63,823 bases of DNA, filler included, from Tortispora ganteri (GCA_003707115.1; 37 parts of 37 records of this genome joined end to end with filler, not necessarily neighbours in it); one strand, 5' to 3'. Counted from the whole stretch's first letter, positions 35,731 to 50,486 are shown. Numbers and translations: made by a program. Notes: a model not told the origin generated them from the sequence alone.

Positions 35731-36197
35731 TCGAAGAACTCGCGCGCATCACTAGCTCAAAAGAAATTCTGCATTATCATAACATAAAAACAAACCCGAG
35801 ATACGATTCTCATCTCTCGAGAGAAGATTATTATGCAATCGTGCTCTTGATACGGGCTTCTTCATCGGATATTCGAGGGCGGAACCAACAAACACACCAG
35901 ACAGAAGATACACCAGCTTTCGATGCCCAACTGGCTCGCATATGCGAGCTGATCGATATGGAAGACGATGCACAAATGTGGGACAACAATATCCTGCACA
36001 CTATGCAACCCAATGAAGCCAATGCTGCAGCCTAATACCAGATTTCTCTACTATGAGAGTCATTCAAGGCCTTTGCGTTCGATTTCAAGGTGGTGGAACA
36101 TATATTACAGTAGTATAATAAAATTAAACTTTAGCTAACCCTAACAGCCAAATGGTTGCTAGGGAAAGGGTGATATGAGTGGGTATAGAATGCACTG
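35731..36197 (+). mobile_element. MULE 3' end, copy A (transposase stop 36035; terminus ...GAATGCACTG)
   Basis: Start matches 35495-35630; identity with copy B stops after GCACTG, where sequence switches to the empty-site flank seen at 53911. Confidence 0.85.
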
Positions 36198-36343
36198 CGC
36201 ACTTCATTGCAAACACATGGTCCATGTCGAAATAGGCCACTGCCACTACTTCAATAAACGCTCATTAATAATCAAGGGTTATACTTTCAATGTTGATTCG
36301 AACTGCATTTTGATTGAATTTGTTTGGTATTATTATTGCTTTG

Positions 36344-37379
36344 ATGCTCTTCGGTAGTTTCTCGACCTTAAACGTCTTTTCGTTACTACCCTTTGGGGCT
36401 GCTTTCGTTATCGTATACCTAATTGTCAAGCAATGGATCTTCAAGATATCGAAAAAATCTTTTGATTCAGACACTACTGACGAACTATTGGTTATGTCTA
36501 GTCAAATAGCTTCTTTGACTATATCTTTATCTGTTGTTGTGGCTCAATTGGTTTTATATGAAATCCTGGGCTGGTCTAATTCTACATCAGGGCTGCTGGT
36601 ATGGTCGGTTGTGTCACCTTCCTTAATATTCTGCTTAACTATACTTGTTCCGATCGTATGCATACTAAAGTTTGTTGGATATCCTAGGATTTTGTCGAAA
36701 CCTGGCTGGTTGATGGTGGCAATGCTATACTTATCCTTAATCGGACTGTTCATTATTGCCGACAATACACTGCGCTTAATAATTCCTCGCAAAGATTATC
36801 ATGGTGATGAGAACTATACCTATATGTTTGGTTTTGTGACATCTGCCATATATGCTCTGAAAAAATCGTGCTTAGAACAAATTGGACTGTTTGGTATTAC
36901 TATGATGGCTATTCTCAGTGGATTTGGTAGTGTTTCTGCCATCTATGCTGTATTCTTTGATCCGGCCAGAAAATCTCTTGAATTGAGAGAATGTGATACG
37001 CAGCGATTTGTGGTTTCTCTCAAGAGCACTGACGAGATGCTTACAGAAAAGTATTCACAACTGAATGCCCTGCTTGGATTGGGTGGTACAGGTACTAATA
37101 CGTCTTCGTCAGAAGCCGAACTGAAGAGTTATCTGCGAAACCATTCAGATAATGATACCAAGACAGATAGAGGTATATTCGGCAGTGTTATGTCTGGGTT
37201 CGGTAGAGGCGGCAAAACGCACAAGATCTCTTCATTGAGGCAAGAAATTCAGGGCTTGGAGTTACTGCGCAAATCTGTTGACCAAGATCTGCGGACCTGT
37301 AACAAGAGGATGCAACAGCAGGAATACGAACGTACAACTGTCGGCTGGATAAGCAAACAGATGTATGGGATATTTTCAT
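36344..37379 (+). CDS. Golgi pH regulator / GPR89 family membrane protein, 5' part (copy with MULE upstream)
   Basis: Multi-TM N-terminus, LVLYEI and IGLFGITMMAILSGFGSVS signature, coiled loop; first in-frame ATG 36344. Confidence 0.85.
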
Positions 37380-37479
37380 NNNNNNNNNNNNNNNNNNNNN
37401 NNNNNNNNNNNNNNNNNNNNNNNTTAATTAATTAANNNNNNNNNNNNNNNNNNNNNNNNNNNNNNNNNNNNNNNNNNNN

Positions 37480-38033
37480 AGGTACAGGGCTGGTGGTTTT
37501 ATGCGCATACAACGCACAGGATATTCGATCTTCTGCAGCGGCATCAGCGAAAGCTGGTAGCTCTGCTCGAAGAACTCGCGCGCATCACTAGCTCAAAAGA
37601 AATTCTGCATTATCATAACATAAAAACAAACCCGAGATACGATTCTCATCTCTCGAGAGAAGATTATTATGCAATCGTCCTCTTGATACGGGCTTCTTCA
37701 TCGGATATTCGAGGGCGGAACCAACAAACACACCAGACAGAAGATACACCAGCTTTCGATGCCCAGCTGGCTCGCATATGCGAGCTGATCGATATGGAAG
37801 ACGATGCACAAATGTGGGACAACAATATCCTGCACACTATGCAACACAATGAAGCCAATGCTGCAGCCTAATACCAGATTTCTCTACTATGAGAGTCATT
37901 CAAGGCCTTTGCGTTCGATTTCAAGGTGGTGGAACATATATTACAGTAGTATAATAAAATTAAACTTTAGCTAACCCTAACAGCCTAATGGTTGCTAGGG
38001 AAAGGGTGATATGATGGGGTATACAATGCACTG
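37480..38033 (+). mobile_element. MULE 3' end, copy B (stop 37871; terminus ...CAATGCACTG) with a different flank
   Basis: Near-identical to 35410-35630 and 35731-36197, then unrelated sequence. Confidence 0.85.
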
Positions 38034-39181
38034 GGTGAGCATCTGATTTCAGGCACGGTTACGGTCTGTGCGACTCAAAATGAGATAAGTCATTTCATGT
38101 TATAGGAATTGTTCAGTGAGAGTCATAATTTTACAAGAATTTGTGGAGTGAATAAACTGAGCCGTTGCGTTGGAGAGATAGGATATGAGCTATAAGACGG
38201 GTCATAAGTCATCGATCGTTACTTGATTAGGCGAAGACAACCCTGGAACGTCACCACCTCGATCATTGATACTTGGAAGTACATATCGATGAAGTACTAA
38301 CAGCTGAATTAGCTTTAATGGTTCAAATCTGTGTGTTGCTTTGGAGCGTTTCGATTTAGATTGGTGTTGGTATACTACGGAGAAATCCGTGAAGACTCGG
38401 ACGGACAACAAAGTTTAACATGTAGGATGAGGTATGATTGGTTAAGAATTGAGTTTTTGACAGTTTAAGAAGCTCAGAACCTAGAACTGCGGCCGAGCTC
38501 TTGGACTCGCGGACAGGGTTAAAAAGTTTTAACGGAGGAACTGGTCGTGTGCGCTCGCGAACTTGTCTGTTTGTATGATTACAACATGGGCATAGAAAAT
38601 CTAACTAGGTAAGAGAGAGATAGGAGGGTGACAAGTCAGTAATTGCGATAAGTGATAGATAATGATAATGTGATGTATATCAATAAAATGAACAAATAAA
38701 AAATCAGATACGAGTAATGGCTATATAAGCATCAGATAAAACTTTATTATGCTGCCAAGTTAAGCCTTTTGTTGAAACAAGATTCATCATTATTCAGCCG
38801 TGTATTGTTCGTTTGAAGGAGATCGCATTATGTACACATTAAGACCAAGTAAAAATATGTAGTTTGAATCTCATAACCCAACGATAAAGAGAGTGCAAAC
38901 TGATCGGTAAGTATATTGTATGTATTTTGGCGAGGCAACAGCGCGTAAGGCTTTGTAAAGGCGCCGATAGTGAGGACTTAATAACGATTAAAATTTTGCA
39001 CGAGGTTAAAGTTTCGATCGGAGCGCTCAGTTTTGGATTTTGTATAAGGGACCGGTACTAGGTGTATACAACTGGTTGAGANNNNNNNNNNNNNNNNNNN
39101 NNNNNNNNNNNNNNNNNNNNNNNNNTTAATTAATTAANNNNNNNNNNNNNNNNNNNNNNNNNNNNNNNNNNNNNNNNNNNN

Positions 39182-39623
39182 CATCTTCGTAAAGCTGGAA
39201 ACCCACAAACCCCGTCAGCATCAGACACCAGCATACACCAGATGAGAATCCTGCTTGTAGGGCAACAAAGTATGCGTAGGAAGAGCTATTTGTAGGAATT
39301 ACCCCGCTGTCAACACACAAGGACAAAAATGTCAACAACCCATACATAAGAAAAAAACTCAACATCTCAAGCCTGCCCACCGCTGTGTACTTCGATTTTA
39401 TGTTCAGTATCATAATACTGACCATAATTAAGGCTCCTATAGATATAAATGCATTCCCTGTCTGAAAAATAACCGTATTGGCTAATTCGATGGTTCTCGA
39501 ATAGCACTGTGCAAGCATATCTGCTTGTTGAACTAACAGGTCCCCGTTCGGGTTGATATCAACCAAGATACACAGAGGCAATGCTGCTTTTGAACATATG
39601 AATTCAAAGCTACCAAATCCCAT
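39182..39623 (-). CDS. CHS7: Chs7, 5' part (copy 2)
   Basis: Same protein as 22595-23036; contig is the reverse complement of ~21470-23036 with scattered SNPs. Confidence 0.92.
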
Positions 39624-40848
39624 AGCTGCAAAGTCTCGTATGTTATGCGTCTGACAGTTATGGCTGAAAGTCAGAAAAATGAAGTAATTAGTGAAAAGAC
39701 CCTTCTGCTCTAATTAAAATTAGAATGTCATCCAAGCCATGTTACCCTACTGCGGCTTTTACAATACTTTCTGCGTGAAGCGATGCATTTGATACTGATA
39801 CCACATATTTTATTAATTATGATTATTATCTTGTTCTATTAAACATCAGTTAGCTAAGTAGTCACATGCCTTGCATTCCACTATGGTGATCGCATAGCTG
39901 TCTACCATGTCTACCATATCAACGCGTCTAAACGGATTATTCTGCCCAATATATAGATCAGGTTCTAAGTTTCTTTTATCAGATCATATAGAATTTTATG
40001 GCAGCGTTTGCTATCAATTATTAGTTATTGTCTTATTTATTATCTGCCACTTCACCTTGCCTTATAATAAAACTCTACATTCGTGGCTGACTATTTCTGG
40101 TTAATTGACTCGACGGTCCCAGATCGATTGACACTCTTTAACATTCACACTTTGTCCACTTTTATTGCACTGTTACCAACAGTAGTACTGGCGTAACGGC
40201 TTACTTTTCACTGAAACTTAGTGCCATGTATTGTTCAAAATGACCCACTAGTCTTTCATACTACTTCAATTGCGGGATTTTCTACCAATATATTGATAGA
40301 ATTCTCACATGTAATGTGATTCTTTGCTCCGATCTTTCTTGTAACCTCGTTCCAAGTCAAACCCATACACCTCGCAAGTGCATCGAAATTACCCCGATCT
40401 TACAGAAGACCAATATTTTTATTCTACAATCATTATATTACCTAATATGCATCATTATACGGCTTGCTCTCAAGAATAACACGAATTTACGGTCACACTC
40501 ACCAAAAACCAAAGTGACGGGATTCCCCTTGTTTTTGGCGCTAATTTTGCCAATTTTGCGTTTAGCGCGTTCCCGAATACTTCTTCGTCATCGCAGGTGG
40601 GCTACAAAACGATTGACGAAGGTTTCAAGGCCATAGGAGTGCTGGTGCTGGTGTTGCAGCGCATTCACAAAATGGCCGAGGTCACGTGACTCGAGAAAAA
40701 AAAATGACATGCCCCCTCGCGCACATGCACCGGAAAAAAATTTCAGCANNNNNNNNNNNNNNNNNNNNNNNNNNNNNNNNNNNNNNNNNNNNTTAATTAA
40801 TTAANNNNNNNNNNNNNNNNNNNNNNNNNNNNNNNNNNNNNNNNNNNN

Positions 40849-42409
40849 TTCAGTGCGCAGTGAAACCATACAGTATTACAGAGATATATTGCTATAGTGG
40901 TTGACGATCTTTAGCGATTAAGGTTTTGAGCCGAGGCAATATATCCCGATTAGGCAATATAAACCTTATATTAGCCAATCAATTAGCTGCACAGTTTATT
41001 CAAAAAATTAGAGTTTGAAACAATATTGGCCAATCAGAAGGCCTAATCCCTAAACCAGGTTAGGGTAACGAATCAGCCAATAAGCAGCTTTAAATTCCAA
41101 TTAAGGTTTGGTTTAAATTGACCAATCAGAGACGATCGATCCGATCGAAGGTTAAGCTTTTAGATCGACCAATCAGAGGCAATCGATCCGATCGAAGGTT
41201 AAGCTTTTAGATCAACCAATAAGAGGCGATCGATCCGATCGAAGGTTAAGCTTTTAGATCGACCAATAAGAGGCGATCGATCCGATCGAAGGTTAAAGTT
41301 TTGGATCGACCAATCAAAGGCGATCGAACCGATCGAAGGTTAAGCTTTTAGATCGACCAATCAGAAGCAATCGATACGATCGAAGGTTAAGCTTTTAGAT
41401 CGACCAATAAGAGGCGATCGATCCGATCGAAGGTTAAAGTTTTAGATCGAAGGTTAAGCTTTTAGATCGACCAATCAGAAGCGATCGATCCGATCGAAGG
41501 TTAAAGTTTTAGATCGAAGGTTAAGCTTTTATATCGACCAATCAGAAGCGATCGATCCGATCGAAGGTTAAAGTTTTAGATCGAAGGTTAAGCTTTTAAA
41601 TCGACCAATAAGAGGCGATCGATCCGATCGAAGGTTAAAGTTTTAGATCGAAGGTTAAGCTTTTAGATCGACCAATCAGAAGCGATCGATCCGATCGAAG
41701 GTTAAAGTTTTAGATCGAAGGTTAAGCTTTTAGATCGACCAATCAGAAGCCACGGTACAAAATAAGGTTAAAGTTTGAAACTGACCAATCAGAAGCACTG
41801 ATTCACAAATAAGGTTAAAGTTTACGGGTAGCCAATCAGAAGCTCTGAAAATCAGGTTAGGGTTTCCCGTTTTCTCGGGAAGGGTTCAGGGTTATTTTGG
41901 CCTTTCAGTGATTTTCTGCAACTTTAATTCAGGGTATAGGGTATATCACCTGATATATAGCCAATAGGATGCATTGCTCGACATCTTTCTTCAGTTCTAA
42001 AAAACTTTATTCAAGGGTATAGGTGTTTGCACGTGATATTTATAGCCAATAGGGGGCGCTGTTTGCTCTCCTTCACTAGGCTTACTCCACCTCTCGTCGA
42101 CGACCGTATACATTGAGCAACGCACGCGAACAACTTACACAGGATGCGCTCAATCGAAGGTTAACAGCGTCCAGGAATAATAAAATTAGCCATTGGGCTC
42201 CTGAGACAATAGCCTGTGGTGTCAAGCCATCGATCGCGTGTACATGCATGCCAGTGCTATCATAGTGCAACCGGCCAGAATCTCAGAGATTCATCAGAAG
42301 CCAACCGACAAGACCATCGACGGTCAAATAGTACAGGAATTGCTACAAGGCCCGCTAGGAAGTGCATTTCCCTATCCTCAAGACTAGAAAGCAATGTAGT
42401 TTCTTTGCC
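40849..42409. repeat. Segment of ~2.6-kb repeat unit with full 47/67-bp CCAAT/GATC array (~41120-41750)
   Basis: Unit CCAATCAGAGGCGATCGATCCGATCGAAGGTTAAGCTTTTAGATCGA, with or without a 20-bp insert; matches 58323-59508. Confidence 0.92.
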
Positions 42410-42509
42410 NNNNNNNNNNNNNNNNNNNNNNNNNNNNNNNNNNNNNNNNNNNNTTAATTAATTAANNNNNNNNNNNNNNNNNNNNNNNNNNNNNNNNNNN
42501 NNNNNNNNN

Positions 42510-44251
42510 AATATTTTAATGTATGTTTCTTTTTATCGTTATACTGTTGTGTAGTATTTTCTAGTTCTCTGATCGCGTAGATGTCGTTGTACAGCGAGTA
42601 CAGCGATTGTAGCCGTTTGCTCGTCAAACTCAATACATGCTCGCTGCAGCGGTGCACTTGTGCATAGTGGAACGCTAGCTTGTAATTACGTCTTTATATT
42701 CCATTATTGGATATTATTTGTTATTATAAGTCAATAGATAGTATTTTCTCGCTCCTTCATTTCGTAGATCGCGTTGTACGTAGCATGTGCCTGTTTACTC
42801 GTCAAACTCAATACACCGTGATCGCTGTAGCATCAGTGTATCTACATAACGCCACGCAAACGCTGAACTACATCTACACGTTTCATTATTGGATATTATT
42901 TGTTATTATAAGTGATTAGATAATATTTTCTCGCTCCTTCATTTTGTAGATCGCGTTGTATGTAGCATGTGCCTGTTTACTCGTCAAACTCAATACACCG
43001 TGATCGCTGCAGCGGTGCACTTGTGCATAGTGGAACGCTAGCTTGTAATTACGTCTTTATATTCCATTATTGGATATTATTTGTTATTATAAGTCATTAG
43101 ATAGTATTTTCTCGCTCCTTCATTTTGTAGATCTCGTTGTACGTAGCATGTGCCTGTTTACTCGTCAAACTCAATACACCGTGATCGCTGCAGCGGTGCA
43201 CTTGTGCATAGTGGAACGCTAATTACGTCTTTATATTCTATTATTAGATATTATTTGTTATTATAAGTCAATAGATAGTATTTTCTCGCTTCTTCATTTC
43301 GTAGATCTCGTTGTACGTAGCATGTGCCTGTTTACTCGTCAAACTCAATACACCGTGATCGCTGCAGCGGTGCACTTGTGCATAGTGGAACGCTAGCTTG
43401 TAATTACGTCTTTACATTTCATTATTAGATATTATTTGTTATTATAAGTCATTAGATAGTATTTTCTCGCTTCTTCATTTCGTAGATCGCGTTGTACGTA
43501 GCATGTGCCTGTTTACTCGTCAAACTCAATACACCGTGATCGCTGCAGCGGTGCACTTGTGCATAGTGGAACGCTAGCTCGATATTACGTCTAAATATTT
43601 TAATGTATGTTTCTTTTTATCATTATATATTGTTCTGTAGTATTTTCTAGTTCTCTCATGACGTAGATCTCGTTGTGCAGCGATTGTAGCCGTTTGCTCG
43701 TCAAACTCAATGCGTGATCGCTGCAACGGCGGTGCATCTACATAGCACCACACAAACCTCTTATTGTGCCTTAGTATTTTATTATTGAATACTATCTGTT
43801 ATAGATACTATTTATTATAAATACAGTCATTATAAATACAGTCATTATATATCGTATATAGTATTCTCTAGCTCCTTACGTGATATACCTAACCCTGAAT
43901 TTGTCGCACTTGCTATTTCTCTTATACATAGACTTCAAGTGCGACACACGATCGCTGCAGCGCCTGTACATCTACATAGCACCGCACAAACCTCTTATTG
44001 TGCCTTAGTATTTTATCATTGAGTACTATCTGTTATAGATACTCTTTGTTATAGATACTATTTATTATAAATACAGTCTTTATATATCATATATAGTATT
44101 CTCTAGCTCCTTACGTGATATACCTAACCCTGAGTTTGTCGCACTTGCTATTTCTCTTATACATAGACTTCAAGTGCGACACACGATCGCTGCAGCGGCG
44201 GTAGATCTACATAGCACCACACAAACCTCTTATTGTGCCTTAGTATTTTAT
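42510..44251. repeat. Second ~181-bp satellite array (allele or paralog of 23137-24859)
   Basis: Same first ~200 bp and monomer, different monomer number and order, then ~235-bp units. Confidence 0.92.
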
Positions 44252-44351
44252 NNNNNNNNNNNNNNNNNNNNNNNNNNNNNNNNNNNNNNNNNNNNTTAAT
44301 TAATTAANNNNNNNNNNNNNNNNNNNNNNNNNNNNNNNNNNNNNNNNNNNN

Positions 44352-45884
44352 AGTTGCTGTAGACTGAAGTCGGCAAGGTGCTCGAGTTGCTGTAGATCGA
44401 CGTTGGCAAGACGCTTGAGTTGCTGTAAGCTGATGTTGGCAAGGCGCTAGAGTTGCTGTAAATCGATGTAGGTAAGACACTCGAGTTGCTATAGACTGAA
44501 GTCGGCGGCAAGGCGCTTGAATTGCTGTAGATCGACGTAGGCAAGGCGCTCGAGTTGCTGTAAGCTGATGTAGGTAAGGTGCTCGAGTTGCTGTAGATCG
44601 ACGTTGGCAAGACGCTTGAGTTGCTGTAGACTGAAGTCGGCAAGGCGCTAGAGTTGCTATAGACTGACGTTGGCAAGACACTTGAGTTGCTATAGACTGA
44701 AGTAGGCAAGACACTCGAATTACTATAGATCGACGTTGGCAAGACACTTGAGTTGCTGTAGATTGAAGTAGGCAAGACACTCGAATTACTATAGATCGAC
44801 GTTGGCAAGGCACTTGAATTGCTGTAGATCGACGTTGGCAAGGCAGTTGAGTTGCTATAGATTGAAGTAGGCAAGGCGCTTGAGTTGCTATAGACTGAAG
44901 TCGGCAGGGCGCTTGAATTGCTGTAAATCGATGTAGGTAAGGCACTCGAATTGCTGTAAATCGACGTTGGCAAGACGCTTGAGTTGCTATAGATTGAAGT
45001 CGGCAAGGTGCTTGAATTGCTGTAAGCTGATGTTGGCAAGACACTCGAATTGCTGTAAATCGACGTAGGCAAGACACTCGAATTGCTATAGACTGAAGTC
45101 GGCAAGACGCTTGAGTTGCTGTAAATCGATGTAGGTAGGGCGCTTGAATTGCTGTAGATCGACGTTGGCAAGACGCTTGAGTTGCTGTAAATCGATGTTG
45201 GCAAGGCGCTAGAGTTGCTGTAAATCGACGTAGGTAAGACACTCGAGTTGCTATAGACTGAAGTCGGCAAGGCACTCGAGTTGCTATAGACTGACGTTGG
45301 CAAGGCACTTGAGTTGCTATAGATTGAAGTAGGCAAGACACTCGAATTACTATAGATCGACGTTGGCAAGACGCTTGAGTTGCTATAGATTGAAGTAGGC
45401 AAGGCGCTTGAGTTGCTATAGATTGAAGTAGGCAAGACACTCGAATTACTATAGATCGACGTTGGCAAGGCACTTGAATTGCTGTAGATCGACGTCGGCA
45501 AGACGCTTGAGTTGCTGTAAGCTGATGTTGGCAAGGCGCTTGAGTTGCTGTAAATCGATGTAGGTGAGGCGCTCGAGTTGCTGTAGATCGACGTTGGCAA
45601 GGCAGTTGAGTTGCTATAGATTGAAGTCGGCAAGGCAGTTGAGTTGCTATAGATCGATGTCGGCAAGAAGCTTGAGTTGCTTAAAACTGATGAAGAAAAC
45701 AGAATGCTCGAGACGTTAGACGAAGTAACCGGTAATGCACTTGAATTGCTGTAGGCCGAAGTCGGTAAGATGCTCGAGTTGCTTAATACCGATGAAACTG
45801 GCACAACACTTGAATTGCTTAAAATCGTTGAAGACGCAAGAACGCTCGAGCTAGCAACTGAAGCACTTGGCAACATGCTTGAAT
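44352..45884 (-). CDS. Stalk fragment, start of PTS[IVA]YSNSS[AV]L 33-bp repeat array
   Basis: Open across the contig; degenerate repeats grade into regular ones. Confidence 0.8.
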
Positions 45885-46250
45885 NNNNNNNNNNNNNNNN
45901 NNNNNNNNNNNNNNNNNNNNNNNNNNNNTTAATTAATTAANNNNNNNNNNNNNNNNNNNNNNNNNNNNNNNNNNNNNNNNNNNNCTAAGTAAGGGTGGCG
46001 GGGGTTTTATATATATCGAATTACCATTTCGGGACGTCACGTGACTAGTGCTTATTTCCCTTTCGGGAAGTCACGTGCTTGTGTATATTCCCGTCTTGTT
46101 TTGTCCCAATCGGGTAATTTCTTAAACTCTATCTCACTCATCTAATCTCCGCTATCGCCGAGATTAGTCTCCATTCCCCTTCAATTCTCTCTCTCTCTAC
46201 TCCCATCCCCACACTCCTTGAAACGATCAATTTATAACTACAAATATAAA

Positions 46251-47508
46251 CTAGACATTAGAGTAGAACCTAATCTGAAAAAAGTCCCGGTATCCACCGT
46301 AGAACACCAATCGCAACGGCGTCCACCCCTCCGACAATTGCTGATCAATAGACCAAATGGGCTCTGAGTGGAATGAGTGCATGCCTTTCCATCCACCGCT
46401 TCCGATTGCCTCTATGTCCCCGCACCTCATCCCGCTTTCCCCAACAAACATATACCCTAAGGAAGGGGGCCCATAGACATCGTTAATCACGTTCGGTCCC
46501 TGAACATATACCAGCACCTCTGTCACTTCATTCGGATTATTGTAGAGGATATATACATAACTCCCATGAATATCCACCTCAACATTGCCGGAATTCCCCA
46601 CCCGGTACTTCCCATCGGCTACCTCCGTTTCAGTATACTCCGTAAGATTCACCGCCCACCTTCTTGCCAGCAGCCTCTGTGAAGGTTCGCACTTGCAAGC
46701 GTTTGACACCACTCCGCAGCTGCTGCTACTCGAGGCGCTAGAACTCCACTGAGCTGAGCTGGATACGCTCGAACTGACACTCGAACTGCGACTTGAACTT
46801 GAACTCAAACTAGAACTAGAACTAGAACTAGAACTAGAACTAGAACTAGAACTGCTTAACACCAATGAAGATCCCACAGTTCCAGAAGAAGAAACTGTAA
46901 ATCTGCTAGAGTTGCCCGTCGATGTCGGCAAGACGCTTGAGTTGCTGTAGATCGAAGATGTCAAAGCACCCGAGTTGCTGTACATCGATGTTGATAACAC
47001 ACTCGAGTTGCTGTAGATCGAAGATGGCAAGGCACTCGAGTTGCTATAAATCGACGATGGCAAGAAACTCGAGTTGCTGTAGATCAATGTTGGTAAGACG
47101 CTTGAGTTGCTGTAGATCGATGTTGGTAAGACGCTTGAGTTGCTGTAGATCGATGTTGGCAAAGCACTCGAGTTGCCTGACGAAGTTGGCAAGACACTCA
47201 AGTTGCTGTATGTCGATGATGACAAGGCGCTCGAATTACTATAGATCGACGTCGGTAAAGCACTCGAGTTACTGTAGATCGATGATGGCAAGACACTCGA
47301 GTTGCTGTAAATCGACAATGGCAAGACACTCGAGTTGCTGTAAATTGATGATGGCAAGGCGCTCGAGTTGCTGTACATCGACGTCGGTAAGGCGCTCGAG
47401 TTGCTGTACATCGACGTCGGTAAGGCGCTCGAGTTGCTGTACATCGACGTCGGTAAGGCGCTCGAGTTGCTGTACATCGACGTCGGTAAGGCGCTCGAGT
47501 TGCTGTAC
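46251..47508 (-). CDS. Adhesin-family gene, 3' part: 33-bp stalk, poly-Ser, terminal PA14/GLEYA-like domain
   Basis: Domain 46251-46718 aligns end to end with 4489-4959; same downstream module. Confidence 0.8.
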
Positions 47509-47694
47509 NNNNNNNNNNNNNNNNNNNNNNNNNNNNNNNNNNNNNNNNNNNNTTAATTAATTAANNNNNNNNNNNNNNNNNNNNNNNNNNNNNNNNNNNN
47601 NNNNNNNNCCTATTGGAGTCAAGATGCCATATGTGCGAGTGATCAGTGTACATTAAAGTTGAGGAGAGATTGACTAAATTTGTGTAACTCCAGA

Positions 47695-49106
<1,412 letters not shown>

Positions 49107-49206
49107 NNNNNNNNNNNNNNNNNNNNNNNNNNNNNNNNNNNNNNNNNNNNTTAATTAATTAANNNNNNNNNNNNNNNNNNNNNNNNNNNNNNNNNNNNNN
49201 NNNNNN

Positions 49207-49828
49207 AAAGCAATGTAGTTTGTTTGCCCTAGATAGCGTGTTTCTCAAAGTCGATGCAGTGGTCTTGGTGACATTTACGAGTATTGCGATTTGCTCAATT
49301 TTATTGGCAAACTATCATGAGCCGCGTGAAAGGCCTAGAAGAGGCTCTGAAGGTATTATAAGCATAATGATCGGTTATTTGGGTATTTACTGACGTTTTA
49401 GAGGCTTTAAGAGCAATTTCTAAAAAATCAAGATTTTCGTGAAATCTGAAAATTTACCAAGGCTATAGCCTTAGTGTTTTTTGCGACTTTCGAGATTTTC
49501 ACGATTTTCACGATTTTCACAGTAAACTGTCACCAGCTGCAGAAACACTCCTTTAAGGTATTATATGCATAATGGAACGATATTTGAATATTTTGGTGGC
49601 TTTTGGGCCGCTATAAGGACCACTTTAGAAAAATCAAGATTATCGCGAAATCTGAAAATTTACCAAGGGTGTATGTAGCCTTGGTGTTTTTTGCCATTCC
49701 ACCATTTGCACACAATTTTCGCGATTCTGCTAATTAGAAGCCACAAGACGCGCCAAATGCTGTATAAACATGCCCTAAAACTGTGCTAGACGTAGTGGAA
49801 GGATAGTAGATTATTTAGTGAAGTTTTA
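49207..49828. repeat. Segment of ~2.6-kb repeat unit, diverging into other sequence at ~49830
   Basis: Matches 61382-61980 and the reverse complement of 12650-13110. Confidence 0.88.
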
Positions 49829-50058
49829 ACGACCGCCATAGTTTATTGGTGCACGTGGACGCGATTTTTGCATTTGACGCGATCGATTTGGGATTTTCAG
49901 TCAAATCTTTCGGAACGCACTGTGCCACCAATTCGGATCATTCAATGCAATAAACAGATCTAATAGTAAGATACGGCTCTTATATTGTATGAGATATATT
50001 TATTTACAGAATTACAGCACTGGTCGGGCAGTAGTGGCCGTTTGAAAGTTAGATTCAG

Positions 50059-50486
50059 AAAAACAAAAGTGACGGGGTTCCCCCTGTTTTTGGCGCTAAT
50101 TTTTCCAATTTTGCGTTTAGCGCGTTCCCGAATACTGCTTCGTCATCGCAGGTGGGCTACAAAACGATTGACGAAGGTTTCAAGGCCATAGGAGTGCTGG
50201 TGCTGGTGTTGCAGCGCATTCACAAAATGGCCGATGTCACGTGACTCGAGAAAAAAAAATGACATGCCCCCTCGCGCACATGCACTGGAAAAAAATTTCA
50301 GCAATTCCAGTGCGGCACAAGACACCAATTCGCGGATTTCGCAGGGTCTACGACGAAAAACGCGAATTTCGCGGTGTCTATATGGTAACTGTCGCCGACG
50401 TTTTCAGCTCCAGGTGAACCATTGCCAGAGGGTGCAGCAGGTTGTTTAGCCGCACCCGTTGTGTCCTACGAGGCGAAGTCAAGAGG
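50059..50486. repeat. Copy of the dispersed segment found upstream of CHS7
   Basis: Reverse complement of 21284-21713; different flank beyond AAAAAC(C/A)AAAGTGACGGG. Confidence 0.85.

Noticed and set aside
41050..41945. Telomere repeats (GGTTAGGG; CTAACCCT also at ~24689 and ~36135)
   Set aside because: Isolated single motifs, not a tandem terminal array.
42050..42062. CTCF-like motif AGGGGGCGCTG
   Set aside because: Yeasts lack CTCF; a single GC-rich match.
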